64,000 bases of DNA from Alphaproteobacteria bacterium (GCA_965243135.1 OZ251539.1:3552001-3616000); one strand, 5' to 3'; shown: positions 41,062 through 51,745, numbered from the stretch's first letter. Notes: generated by a model from the sequence alone, not told the origin. Program-made: numbers and translations.

Positions 41062-41897
41062 CCTAGGACAATAAAGTTACTTCGTCCAATCGAAGCCCGT
41101 TATACGAAGCTCTAAATGCATCGCGTTATGATCGTCAAGATATCATTCGAAGCTATCAGAACGACTATTCTTGCCGTTTAATTACGATGATCGACGTGAT
41201 TTTCCCTGATAGCGTCACACTGCTCGAAGAAACTTTGCATAACGCCGATCCTTCACAGGATCTCCATATTATGCTGTCGACTCCGGGCGGAGACAGAGAA
41301 ACGGCGATCCGGCTTATCCAGCAAGTGCAGTCACGTTGCAAAAAGCTTACGGTTATCGTACCCGACCAAGCCAAGAGCGCCGGGACCCTTTTCGCACTTG
41401 GTGCACATCACATGGGGCCGACAAGCGATCTTGGTCCGGTCGACCCGCAATTCCAGCTTGCTGATGGCTCGTTAGCTGCGGGAAGAGCGATAATCGCCGC
41501 CGTCGAAGATGCCGAACGACGAATTCAGGCCAACCCTTAAACCTATACTCTTCATGCCTCGCTTTTGGCCGACATCTCGGCGCTTATGGTGCAGCAAGCG
41601 AGAGACGCACTCACTCGAGCTTCCGATCAACTGAAAGAAGCCTTGGCATGCGTCCCGGAACGCACGGAGGACGATGTCGACAACCTTGCAGAACAGCTAC
41701 ATAGGCATTTAATAGACGATACCCCCAGTCACGCCGCTACAATTCCAGCCGCCCAAGCGGCCAAATTCGGGTTGCCCGTCAAACAGCTAAATTCCAACGA
41801 CCCTCAATGGAAAACAATTTGGCGTTTATGGACAAAATACAAGGCATTGGGCGAAAACCGGATATATGAAGGCGAAATAGCATCAGTCGTCATTTAA
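41058..41897 (+). pseudogene. SDH/ClpP-like serine protease, two premature stops
   Basis: STPGGD, VIVPDQAKSAGTL.ALGA, SDLGPVDPQ, SHAATI. In-frame TAG at 41064 and TAA at 41538; all segments are in one frame. Confidence 0.85.
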
Positions 41898-42440
41898 CTT
41901 AATGCCGCCTCGGAAGTCCTCGCGAATCGTTGTTTCTGGTATCAAGCGCATCGGATTACCGGCATCTCTTCAGGCCGTCGGCATCCTCGCGACTCGCTTT
42001 TCATGGCGGAACAGGCCGTTCGCGCTCCGGGCAGGGTGCCGGAGCCGGAATCAAGCGACGGAGATGCGAACGTCTGGATCTGTGCGCTCCAAGCCTCCGC
42101 GAGCGTTGCGAAGCAGTGAAGCCAACTCCAGACCTCCTGACATGGTGCCCAGAGCTTGAGGATTATACTTAGTTTTTTCTCAATGCGCCGTAAATTGGAA
42201 TTTACTATCCTTGGGTGCCTCGTCCGAACGACGGATGCCCTCGCCCACCGATTCCAGTCCGTGTCCCGGGCGCGTAATGCGCCGCGTAAACTCTGTGCAA
42301 CGACCACTCTCGAATGATGATAAACGCCATCGCAGCTTGACAATGGAAATTTTGCTTTTGAAAATAAATCCAGAGTTTGGCAATATGGGACCAACACATT
42401 ATGGAATGCGCCAACACCGGATACTCGGAGGAGCCGTAAG

Positions 42441-42870
42441 GTGAACTCACGCGGTATGACGGAAATCAGCTTCCGGCGTCCCGACCAAGCTAACCTTCGC
42501 CGCACGTTCAGCGCCGCGTATTACGCCGTATTTCATTGCCTGGCAGGCACCGCCGCGAACCTGCTCGTCGGCAGGAGCCGCAGCTATGCCTGGCGCCGGC
42601 GCGCCCTCGAACACGGAAAAGCGAAAAACGCCTGCGGACGCGAGAAAGCTATTGAGCGGTTCCAACCGGGGATCCAGTGCTTCGCCGAAACGTTCGTCAT
42701 CTTGCAGGACGCACGGCGCGGACTACGCACTTGAAGGGCGCTACTACAAACCGGACGTACTGACGGACATCGACCAAGCCGAAAACGCCATTGTTCAGTT
42801 CGAGCGGACCGACCTCCCAAATCGACGCGATTTCGCCGCCCATGTGCTGTTCAGGGTGCGACCGTCATAG
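42441..42870 (+). pseudogene. HEPN-like domain protein, frameshifted
   Basis: ANLRR..SAAYYAVFHCLA...FVILQDAR..ADY. Confidence 0.7.
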
Positions 42871-42911
42871 GAGCTCTCGGCGTTTTCTATTCGGAAGAAG
42901 GAAAGTTGGAC

Positions 42912-43040
42912 ATGAACAAGGAGAACATCCGCGAGATTGCCGAGGCAGCATTCAAGGCGCGCTTCGGCGACGTCAAGGTCGTCAGGATCAACGTAAAGCC
43001 CCGCTTCGACAACGACCCCGTGGTGGACGTGAACATCATC
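42912..43040 (+). pseudogene. probable partner (antitoxin-like) gene, truncated by a repeat
   Basis: MNKENIREIAEAAFKARFGDVKVVRINV...VDVNII, cut at the 43040 repeat. Confidence 0.45.
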
Positions 43041-43161
43041 GAAAATCCCGGCGTGGAGAATTCGCAGTTTTCCGTACCTGAGGAAAGAAATTTCGCGCCC
43101 CCGAAAGCTGTCCGTATTTCAAGACATCAGGAAAACCGCAAGAGTCCCTGCAAGGTTTTCG

Positions 43162-43210
43162 GAAGACTTTCCACCGCTCGGAACCGAACGTCGAGATCCG
43201 AGGCATGTAG
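43162..43210 (+). repeat. 49-bp copy of the 3' end of the AAA ATPase gene (2458-2506)
   Basis: GAAGACTTTCCACCGCTCGGAACCGAACGTCGAGATCCGAGGCATGTAG vs GAAGATCTTCCGTCGCTCGGAATCGAACGTCGAGATCTGGGGCATGTAG. Confidence 0.8.
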
Positions 43211-43465
43211 CCGGAGGCGGCGGACAGCGAGGAGTCGCCATCAACAGTCAGGACGGTTTCCGGCAGAGGAAGCCAGACAGGATGCCTCGGCGAAAACGCC
43301 GCCGGCCGTCGGGCAGACCTGAACGATGGCTCGCCCTGTCGGGCGCTCGTCGACCAACAGCCGCGACTGCGTTAACCGCCCTGACCTCGGCTCAGCCTCG
43401 GAAAACGAAATTTGCCCGGACCCGAGTGAGCCATGCCGGAAGCCGCTTGCGCCTCTGAGACCGGA

Positions 43466-43807
43466 TCAGGAGCGCTTGTCATTATCGCAGGCATCGGGCA
43501 GCCGGGACTTCAACTTTTCCGCCAGACTGCGCGCACGTTCGGCAATCTCCGGCGGCACTCTCTTCGAGGCGCTTATGGCGATCAAGGCCTGCTCAGCCCG
43601 ACCAACCCTGATGACGCCCGTCGCGAATGCTGTGCGCAACTTGCACGTGGTGTATTTTGGCTCCCTCCATCTCAACTCTTCGGCCACTTCGTCGCGGGAC
43701 AAGGACAAATTGGCGAACAGATCGAAATGCGTCACGAAGCACGCCTTGCCAATCGATCTCAAATCGCTTTCCAGCTTATCGCCGGTCATTGAAGAATTCT
43801 TCGCCAT
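43466..43807 (-). CDS. hypothetical protein (~113 aa)
   Basis: Protein-like C-terminal part of ORF 43466..44194 (LRSIGKACFVTHF...). Confidence 0.5.
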   Translation of the reverse strand: MAKNSSMTGDKLESDLRSIGKACFVTHFDLFANLSLSRDEVAEELRWREPKYTTCKLRTAFATGVIRVGRAEQALIAISASKRVPPEIAERARSLAEKLKSRLPDACDNDKRS

Positions 43808-44005
43808 TTCGTTTCTCCATTTGACGGGGTGCATGCCAGACGGAAGAAAAATAAAGTCCGCTTGGCGAAGTTCAAGGGATGGATACCCCAAGACGATCCC
43901 GCGCGAATTTTGCGTTGCATTCCCGGAGTTCTTCACTGGTTTCCTCCAGATTTCGCGAACCGATCCGGTTACTCCCGGGCCATGGCTTCGAGCGAGACTT
44001 GGGAC

Positions 44006-44140
44006 ATGGAGGATTTTTCGGCGGCGAAAGTCCGCCTCGCTCGACCGGACGAGCGGGACGCTCTCGTTCGACGAAACCGTTACCTGGAGTTCAGGTGTTT
44101 CGCCGCTTGCGACACATGTCGTCATGTGCGCCGTCCGCTG
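44006..44140 (+). pseudogene. DUF4338-like N-terminal fragment
   Basis: KVRLARPDER-DALVRRNRYLEFRCFA resembles the 'VR.V...E...WD.L...HHYLGF' start of DUF4338. Confidence 0.45.
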
Positions 44141-44194
44141 GACCCTCCAGAAGTAGGCCCGCACGCACCGGAAGGATTTCCAGCACCGGACCAA

Positions 44195-44467
44195 CTACAG
44201 GTACTTGATGGCACCGACAATGAAACCTGTCACGACAATCGTCGTCATCCTGGTTTCGAGGCGAGCGACCTCGGCTTTCCTTGGCGAGGGCGTCGACCTT
44301 GCCGTTGAGGCTCGCGAATCCGGTGTTGACCTCGTTGTCGACGCGCAAGATGTCGCCTTTGGTGGCGGTGCCTTCCATCACCGCATGGCGTTCGTTTCCG
44401 TCTGCTTCGGGTCGGCGACCTCCGGGTCGCGCATTGCGTTGAGCTTGTCGAACGTGCTTGCAACCAT
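44195..44467 (-). pseudogene. DUF1640/CCDC90-like coiled-coil membrane protein, frameshifted
   Basis: MVASTFDKL...ATKGDI...coiled coil...TM (IVVTGFIVGAIKYL*); AGGAGG RBS. Confidence 0.6.
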
Positions 44468-44689
44468 GGTCGCCTCCTGCTTTGCGAGCGGAGCAGGGCA
44501 GGATTGTCGCGGAGCGACAGGTACGCTCGCCCCGTGCTCTTCCCCGCCGCCCGTCCGCCGTCACGGAAACCGCCGACTGCCTGTCGCGTTGAGAAACGCA
44601 GCGGCCTGCAAGCGCTCTTCGGCATGCGACACACATCCCGACTGCCCCAGGCCCAACCGCCACAACGAAACGGTCTCCAGTCAATTCGA

Positions 44690-45210
44690 AATGCCCCCCT
44701 ATCAACTCCCGGGGCACTGGCCAAATCCTCCGGAAGGCGGAGGAATTTCGCTTGGCGATGGAGAGCGCGTTCGGCGAAGCGGCAAGGAGCATTCCGTCGG
44801 GCGATGGCCTTGGTCCCGAAGAAACGTACGGACAGCGAGGCGGCGCATTTGCGCCGGGCGCTGGAGACGGCCGCGAGCGTCGGAGAGAAGCCCCGTGGCC
44901 GCAGGTTGGCCGGGACACGTTCGGGCGGAGCAGCGAGCGCCAACCCCCGGTGCCGGACGGCCCGCCGCGACGGGGCGGCACCGGGGTACGCCGGCCGAAC
45001 GCCACGCCACACCCTGACTTGCCTGTTGTCGAGGAGGGTCAGCCCCAGATCCCTGCGTATCTCAAAGCTGCGGCAAACCATGGGCCTCGAACGGAGGGAA
45101 AGAGACGAATCTCGTCGAGGCACAGGTTCGCGCCTATGTTCGGAGAGCGGAAACGGTTGCGTCCAGCCTGTGATTGCCGGCCGGGAAAGGAAGTCGACTG
45201 CCTGGCGGGC
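44690..45210 (+). pseudogene. IS66 tnpC N-terminal fragment
   Basis: Similar to 48230-48550 (FGRSSER, HPDLPVVEE, RLRPACDC). Confidence 0.65.
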
Positions 45211-45491
45211 GCCGCCGCTATCCTGCTCGTCGGCAGGAGCCGCGAAATAGGCAATAGCGCGCCACCGGGCATGACCTGCGTCCCGAGGAAATCAAGACTG
45301 TTTCGCCGAAGGTCGGAGCGATACCCGATTCTCCGCAACAGGCTATTCACCTCGTAATGCGACCGAGCGGAACTGTCCTTGCACAAGCCTCACGAAATGC
45401 ACAGAATGGACCCTAAGGCCGCCTATTATGTACTCTAATGCCATTTCGTGGTATAGTTTGCCGTCAATGTCGCTTAATGGAGAGAAATCGT

Positions 45492-46862
45492 ATGCTGTTG
45501 CAGATCGGTGCCGCCAACCATCGCTCTATCCGCGATTACCAAGAACTGCTTCTGAGCACGTCCAAGCGTATCAAGGACGAAAGGCTGACCACTCCCGTAC
45601 CGACGCTGAACGAGACAGTGGTGCCCGTCGCCGCCATCTACGGTTCTAATGCGGCGGGAAAATCCAATCTCATCGACGCCATCGACGACATGCGCGATGC
45701 GATTGTTGGGTCTCACGCCTCCCTGGGGCCATCAGACCGCATCCCGCGACAGCCGTTTTTGCTCGACGATTCGAGCGAGACGGCTCCAACGCTGTTCGAA
45801 TGCAGCTTCACCTTGCCTGATCAACTGGTGGACGAACGGAAGCCGGATGAAAGCGTGTACGAATACGGCTTCGAGTTCACCAATACGGAGTTTTGCAAGG
45901 AGTGGCTCCGCCGGACAGTACGCAAGGAAAGACAGAGTACCCGGACGCTGTTCGAGCGGGAAACACGGAATGATCAGGTTCATGTCCATTTTGGAACTGA
46001 ATTGCGGGGTGAAAATAGGACGATCGCCAACGTCACCCGCCGGAACAGCCTCTTCCTTTCGGCCGCGGCACAAAATAACCATCCTCAGCTCACTCGCCTG
46101 TATAAGTATTTTGAGGAAAATTGGGAAATCATTCTGGAGATAGACGCCGCCGATCCTTTCATCGCAGATTATCTTTCCGACTATAATCATATGAATCAGC
46201 TTGTTGAATTAATCAATCAATCTGACCTCGGAATAAAGAATGTCAAGATAGAAAGCGAAAAAATCAAGGATGAAAATTTGGAGTTCTATCGTGATCTAAC
46301 AGAGACAATTTCGAGACATTATCAACGTATTGGAAAATCTCTACCAACCGAATCTTTGCTCCAAAAGATGCGTGATAGCAAAAAAATGAAATTCATCCAC
46401 GCAGCGACTGAAGGCTCAGTTCGCGATTTTGACTACAGTTTGGAGAGTAAGGGAACCCGAACATTGATTTCACTCCTCATTCCGGCTCTAGAAGCACTGT
46501 CGGATGGATCTCTTTTCGTGATCGACGAGTTGGACACTAGCTTGCACCCGGATTTGACCCGGGCTTTCGTATCACTCTTCAGCAAGAGAGAGTCCAACCC
46601 GAATGGCGCGCAACTCATTTTTTCAACCCACGACGTGGCCCTTCTTGGAACCGAGTTGATTAGGCAGGACGAAATCTGGATAACCGACAAAGATCATGAA
46701 GGCGCGTCTACGTTTACCCCGCTGACGGATTTCAAGCTGCGCTCACGGGTAGATTTCGAGAAAGCGTACAGAAACGGGCGTTTCGGAGGAGTGCCTTCTA
46801 CCAATGAATTCCTTTCCTTCGCGGATCAAACGGCGCGACGTACCGAGCGCAATACATCATGA
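45492..46862 (+). CDS. RloA/AbiLi-like AAA_21 ATPase
   Basis: IYGSNAAGKSN, ESKGT, FVIDELDTSLHP, QLIFSTHD, YRNGRFGGVP. Confidence 0.9.
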   Translation: MLLQIGAANHRSIRDYQELLLSTSKRIKDERLTTPVPTLNETVVPVAAIYGSNAAGKSNLIDAIDDMRDAIVGSHASLGPSDRIPRQPFLLDDSSETAPTLFECSFTLPDQLVDERKPDESVYEYGFEFTNTEFCKEWLRRTVRKERQSTRTLFERETRNDQVHVHFGTELRGENRTIANVTRRNSLFLSAAAQNNHPQLTRLYKYFEENWEIILEIDAADPFIADYLSDYNHMNQLVELINQSDLGIKNVKIESEKIKDENLEFYRDLTETISRHYQRIGKSLPTESLLQKMRDSKKMKFIHAATEGSVRDFDYSLESKGTRTLISLLIPALEALSDGSLFVIDELDTSLHPDLTRAFVSLFSKRESNPNGAQLIFSTHDVALLGTELIRQDEIWITDKDHEGASTFTPLTDFKLRSRVDFEKAYRNGRFGGVPSTNEFLSFADQTARRTERNTS

Positions 46863-47470
46863 GCCGTCTAAGGCGTCGATACGCCACTCGCACTCCGGTC
46901 GCGCGTATCGTAGTTGTAACCGAAGGAATTTCCACCGAGCCCGGGTACCTCAAAGCATTCTACAGAATTTACGGAAATCGTTCTTCCGCAAAGATAGTAC
47001 CAATTGGCGTAGCAGGCGATCCGCTGTCAGTCGTGAAACGTGCAATCAAAGAAACAACAAAAGTTCGGCACGACCATCTTGGCATGCGGGATTCTGTTTG
47101 GGCTATGTTCGATCAAGACGACCATCCTCATTTTGAAGAAGCGAAAAAGGTGGCGTTGAAATATAAAATTCAGTTCGTCGTCTCGAACCCTTGTTTCGAG
47201 CTTTGGGGTATACTTCATTATCGTTATCATGATGCTCCGGATGACTGCGATAAATGTCAGAGAATTCTGGAGGGGATATGTCAATCTTATGATCGGAGCA
47301 GAGGAAAACTGTTTGCTGACGAGCAGGCGATCAGAGATGGATATTTTAAGGCCGTTAAAAGAGCCAAGAAATTGCTCGGGCGTCGAATTATGCAAAGATG
47401 TCCTGGAGGGAATCCTTCCACGACCATACATGAGTTAACGGAGCATATACGACTCTTCCCGGAAAATTAA
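46859..47470 (+). CDS. rloB: RloB-family protein (AbiLii-like, TOPRIM-like)
   Basis: VVTEG..TEPGY, VWAMFDQD, VSNPCFELW..LH, NPSTTIHEL; ATGA overlap. Confidence 0.9.
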   Translation: MSRLRRRYATRTPVARIVVVTEGISTEPGYLKAFYRIYGNRSSAKIVPIGVAGDPLSVVKRAIKETTKVRHDHLGMRDSVWAMFDQDDHPHFEEAKKVALKYKIQFVVSNPCFELWGILHYRYHDAPDDCDKCQRILEGICQSYDRSRGKLFADEQAIRDGYFKAVKRAKKLLGRRIMQRCPGGNPSTTIHELTEHIRLFPEN

Positions 47471-47881
47471 ACCGCTGATTTGAGTTTGTAGAACAACACG
47501 CCGAGTGCGGTCTCTAAGCAGCCACGTTGAAATGTTGCAAAGAAGTCAGGTAAAGTAGATAATGTCCGGGCAATCGTCCCGTGTCCACACGCCACTACGA
47601 CTCGACCGAACATTGCCGACATGGACGGTCGCGACATGGCACGCCGTAAGCGCGGACGATAGCGCGTAAGCGTTCGCTCGTCAAGTGACGGTTTTTTTGA
47701 GGAGCCGGCTTCGGTTCCGGGTTCGGCCTGACTTCCTTGACCGGGTACGGCGGCGTCGCGCCACGTCTGACAGGTAGCCCGGCAACAGGTTGTGGCGCAG
47801 CGTCTCGCGGGCGGAGCGGCCTGTCCAGCCGGGCAAAATTTTTAGCTGGAAACCGGATTTTAGTTCTTGTATACGAACACC

Positions 47882-49628
47882 ATGGTGTTCGAATCTGCAG
47901 GCGCACTTCTCGGAACCGAGCTGTCGGGCGACGGCCAGACTCCACTTGCGTCGTTGCTCCGGGAGAACGTGGCCCTCCTTCGGGAGAACGCGGCCCTCCT
48001 CCGGGAGATTGCAGGGCGCGACCGGGAGAACGCGGCCCTCCTCCGGCAGATTGGAGAGCGCGACCGGGAGAACGCGGCCCTCCTCCGGCAGATTGGAGAG
48101 CGCGACCGGGAGAACGCGGCCCTCCTCCGGGAGAACGCGGTTCTCGCCCGGGAGATTGGAGAGCGCGACCGGGCGCTGACCAAGGGAACGTCGCTGGCGA
48201 GGCCGGAAGCTGCGGAGAGCGGCGTAGAGAACGTGAAAGCCCGCAACCGCAGGCTCGCCCGGGATCTGTACGGGCGCAGCAGCGAGCGGCCGCCTGTGGC
48301 CTCCGGCGGATGCCGGGGGCGCCGTTCGGGAACGCCGTCGCACGGCCGCACGCCGTTTCCGGACCTGCCCGTCCGCGAGGAGGATTCGGTCCCGGACGAT
48401 CGCAAGTGCAATGACTGCGGCAAGGCCTGGGTCTCGAACGGCTACAACGAGACGTACGTCCTCGAGTACAGGATCGTCCCCTATGTTCGGCATGTTCGGC
48501 GACATCGGCTGCGCCCGGCCTGCGCCTGCGGGCAGGAAAAGGAGGTCGTTGGTCCGGCCCCGGAGCGGGTGTTTCCGAATACCCGATACGGAGTGTCCGT
48601 CTGGGCGTTCGTTCTGGCGGAGAGGTTCGGGCAGCACCGTCCGCTGCGTTCGATCTGCCGTGCGTTGCGCCAGCACGGGCTTCCGGTCGCGCCCGGCACG
48701 CTGGCGGATGCGCAGCGACGCCTGCTGCCGCTGTTCGAGCGGCTCGACGAAGAGATCTCCCGGCATCTGTGGGAAGCTCCGGTCGTCAACGGCGACGAAA
48801 CGGGGTGGCGAATACGGGAGTTGGGCGAGAAAGACGGTGGCAGCGCCCGCGCCTGGGTGTGGATCGCCCGGTCCCACGACGCGACGCGCACCGTCACCGT
48901 CGCGCAGCGCGGAAGCCGCCCGCGAACTGTTCGGAGGCCTCGGCTCGCCCGAGCAAGCGGCTTACCTGGTCTGCGACCGTTACTCCGCTTACCGGAAACT
49001 GGCACGCGCCATGGACGGCGACATCGTTCTTTCATATTGCTGGGTCCATGCCAGGCGAGACTTCGTCAACCTCGAGACCGGCTACCCGAACCTCGCGCCG
49101 TTCGCCCGGAAGTGGGTCGGCCACATCGCGAAACTGTACAGGTTCAACTCCGAGCGTCTGGCGGACCCGAACGACGCGACCGCCCAACGGCGGCTTGCAA
49201 GGTTCGTCAAAGCGTTCTTTGCGGCAGCGAAAAAGGCGCGGGACGCGCTCCCGGAGAGCGCGGCGCAACGCGGCCCTCTGGACTCCCTGATGCGCCACCG
49301 CGACGGTCTGACCGTGTTCGTGGACAACGCGTCCGTTCCCATGGACAACAACGCCGCCGAGCGCGGCCTGCGCGGCATTGCGGTCGGCCGCAAGCTCTCG
49401 TTCGGGTCGCACAGCGTGGACGGAGCGCGGCTGGCCGGCATGCTTTATTCCATCTTCGGCACGCTCGAGATGAACGGCGTCTCGCCTTACCCTTGGCTGT
49501 CCGCCTACCTCGCCGCCTGCGCCCGGCACGGCGGTCCGCCGCCGGAAGGCCCGGCCGCCTGGCTGCCGTGGGGCGCCGACGGAGAGCGCCTCCGTTCCTG
49601 GAGGACCGCTCTCCCCCAGGGACCGTGA
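47882..49628 (+). pseudogene. tnpC: IS66 transposase TnpC with one frameshift near 48900
   Basis: CNDCGK, NGDETGW, CDRYSAY, CWVHARR, DNNAAERGLR, WLPW across two frames. Confidence 0.9.
47957..48173 (+). repeat. 21/42-bp tandem repeats encoding heptads (RENAALL / RQIGERD)
   Basis: CGCGACCGGGAGAACGCGGCCCTCCTCCGGCAGATTGGAGAG repeated. Confidence 0.92.
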
Positions 49629-50497
49629 ACGTCAGCCCCCGCCGCTACTGCGGGCGCGACTTCTCCGAGGACGAGCTTGGCACGATCCGCGCCTTGATCG
49701 AAAGGGGCGGCCTCACCCGCCGAGCGCTGTCGCAGGAGGTCTGCCGGCTTCTCGACTGGCGCAAGCCCAACGGCGGCCTCAAGGACATGAGCGCGCGCGT
49801 CGCCATGCTGCGCATGCATCGCGACGGCCTGATCGTCCTGCCGCCGCCAAGGCAAACGCCGTCCGTCCGCCGTCCGCCCGTGCCCGGCCCCGCAACCGAC
49901 CAGCCTCCGGTCCCGACTCCCGAACGTCTCGCCGACGTCCAACCCGTCGTTGTCGATCCCTGCCGGAACGCGAGCGAAGGCCGCCTCTGGAACGAGTTCG
50001 TCGCTCGCTATCATTACCTCGGCCACTCGACGCTGCCCGGCGCGCAGATGCGCTACTTCGTCCGGACCGCCGACGGCGAAGCCCTCGCCGTCCTCGGCTT
50101 CGGTGCCGCAGCCTGGAAGATCGCGCCGCGGGACAAGTGCGTGGGATGGGATCCCGAGACCCGCCGCCGCAATCTGCCGCTGGTGGTCAACAACGCCAGA
50201 TTCCTGATCTTGCCATGGGTCCGGATCAGGAACCTCGCGTCCCATGTCCTCACCCTGGTCGAACGGCGGCTGCCCGACGACTGGGAGCACCGCTACGCAT
50301 TGCGTCCGGTCCTGCTCGAAACCTTCTGCGAAACGCCGCGATTCGCAGGAACCTGCTACCGGGCGGCCAACTGGATCAAGGTCGGCGCAACCCAAGGCCG
50401 CGGCAAGCTCGACATCCGGCGCGAACGCGCTCTCCCGGTCAAGGATATCTGGCTGAAGCCCCTGCGGCGGGACTGGAAGCGAATCCTCAAAAAATAG
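49625..50497 (+). CDS. DUF4338 (Druantia DruA-like) protein, intact
   Basis: GTGA overlap with tnpC; RYCGR, LSQEVCRLLDW, YHYLGH, FGAAAWKIAPRD, NNARFLILPW, ETF, GTCYRAANW, GRGKLD. Confidence 0.9.
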   Translation: MNVSPRRYCGRDFSEDELGTIRALIERGGLTRRALSQEVCRLLDWRKPNGGLKDMSARVAMLRMHRDGLIVLPPPRQTPSVRRPPVPGPATDQPPVPTPERLADVQPVVVDPCRNASEGRLWNEFVARYHYLGHSTLPGAQMRYFVRTADGEALAVLGFGAAAWKIAPRDKCVGWDPETRRRNLPLVVNNARFLILPWVRIRNLASHVLTLVERRLPDDWEHRYALRPVLLETFCETPRFAGTCYRAANWIKVGATQGRGKLDIRRERALPVKDIWLKPLRRDWKRILKK

Positions 50498-50581
50498 ACC
50501 GTCACTCCACGACCGAACGCTTACGATAGCGCTTCGTCGACGCCTCAAGCGGACATCCCGAAACTCGCCGAAGCTTTACCG

Positions 50582-51745
50582 TTATTGCGTTTCGGACAAG
50601 CGCCGACTCGGTACGGTCTTCTTGGGATCAACGAACGGTATTGCGGCGGTTCGGCCTTTAACTCGGCCGGAGGCCGTGCCGATTTCCAACGCATTGCCGG
50701 GGGCCGCCAGCTCGATCGGAACCCAGACGTAGCCGATGTTCTTTTCCAGGCGCGGCGACCAGACGATCGAAGTGACCTTCCCGACCTCTTCGCCGTCGCG
50801 ATACGCAGGGGCGGCGGCCGGCGCCTCCCCGACCTGAGCATCGTTTTCGAGTTCGATACCGACAAGTTTGCGGCTCACTCCCTCAGCCTTGATGCGCATC
50901 AGCGCTTCCTTGCCGATATAGTCCGCGTTCTGCTCCTCTACGAGACGCTCAAGCCCCGCGATCTCGTACGGATTGTTTTCGATATCGAAGTCGGCGCCGT
51001 AACGGAATATCCCGGCCTCGATACGGCGGATCTGCGAGGGAGCTATCGGCCGGATGCGGTAGGGTTCGCCCGCTTCCATGATCCGGTTCCACAATTCATC
51101 GCCCCGGCTGGCGTCGCGAAGATAGATCTCGTATCCCAATTCGGCGCTCCAGCCGGTCCGGCTGATGACGACCGGAATGCCGTCGAGGTCCGTCTCCATG
51201 ATCCAGTAGTAACGAATGCCGAGGACCGCATCGCCGAATAGCTGCGACATCACCTCTTTCGATTTCGGCCCCTGCACTTGAACCGGATAGACTTCCGGTT
51301 CGCGAACCTTGACGTTCAGCCCGCAGCCCACCGCATAGCCGCGTGCCCACAGCCCGGCATCGGAATCGGAAAGCGCGAGCCACCACTGGTTTTCGCCAAG
51401 ACGCAGAAGGACCGGCTCGTTGACGATGCCGCCGTCCTCGGCGGTGATCAGCACGTACTTTCCCTGACCGATCGCGCATTTGGTCAGATCGCGAGGCGTC
51501 AACCTGTTGGTGAACTCCGACGCGTCCGGTCCCGTGATCTCGACGATTCGCTCGACGCTAACGTCCCACAGCGTCACGTCGTTGGTCAGACTGCGGTATT
51601 CCTCGACCGGATCGTCGTAGTAGTCGGGAATGTACATGTGGTTGTAGATCCCCCAGGCTCTGCAGCCGGCGCGGCGCGTGGCCTCGAAGAAAGGGGATTT
51701 TCGATAGCGGGGGCGGAAGTAGAATTCGGCCTTCGTCTCGCTCAT
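50582..51745 (-). CDS. GcvT-family aminomethyltransferase, DmdA-like
   Basis: RKSPFF..T......YNHMYIP, LWDVSVER.VEITGPDA, SRTGWSAELGYEI, RRIEAGI. Confidence 0.85.
   Translation of the reverse strand: MSETKAEFYFRPRYRKSPFFEATRRAGCRAWGIYNHMYIPDYYDDPVEEYRSLTNDVTLWDVSVERIVEITGPDASEFTNRLTPRDLTKCAIGQGKYVLITAEDGGIVNEPVLLRLGENQWWLALSDSDAGLWARGYAVGCGLNVKVREPEVYPVQVQGPKSKEVMSQLFGDAVLGIRYYWIMETDLDGIPVVISRTGWSAELGYEIYLRDASRGDELWNRIMEAGEPYRIRPIAPSQIRRIEAGIFRYGADFDIENNPYEIAGLERLVEEQNADYIGKEALMRIKAEGVSRKLVGIELENDAQVGEAPAAAPAYRDGEEVGKVTSIVWSPRLEKNIGYVWVPIELAAPGNALEIGTASGRVKGRTAAIPFVDPKKTVPSRRLSETQ

Larger units (their letters stand above)
47666..50524 (+). mobile_element. IS66-family element (tnpC + DUF4338)
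   Basis: ~27-bp imperfect IR GTAAGCGTTCG(C/G)TCGT..AGTGACGGT; 8-bp TSD GATAGCGC at 47658-47665 and 50525-50532. Confidence 0.93.

Noticed and set aside
41064-41540. Stop-codon readthrough or recoding in the protease
   Set aside because: Two different stop codons plus deletions indicate pseudogenisation, and core genes use TAG/TAA/TGA as normal stops.
47957-48173. Repeats as a possible CRISPR array
   Set aside because: No unique spacers, in-frame coding heptads, and no cas genes.
47867-50497. 876-aa apparent TnpC-DUF4338 fusion ORF
   Set aside because: It results from a frameshift near 48900. The TnpC catalytic half is in another frame ending at 49628, and DUF4338 has its own overlapping GTG start, as in the other IS66 copy.
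49625-50497. Druantia defence system
   Set aside because: Only DruA-like genes inside IS elements; no DruE helicase or DruB-D.
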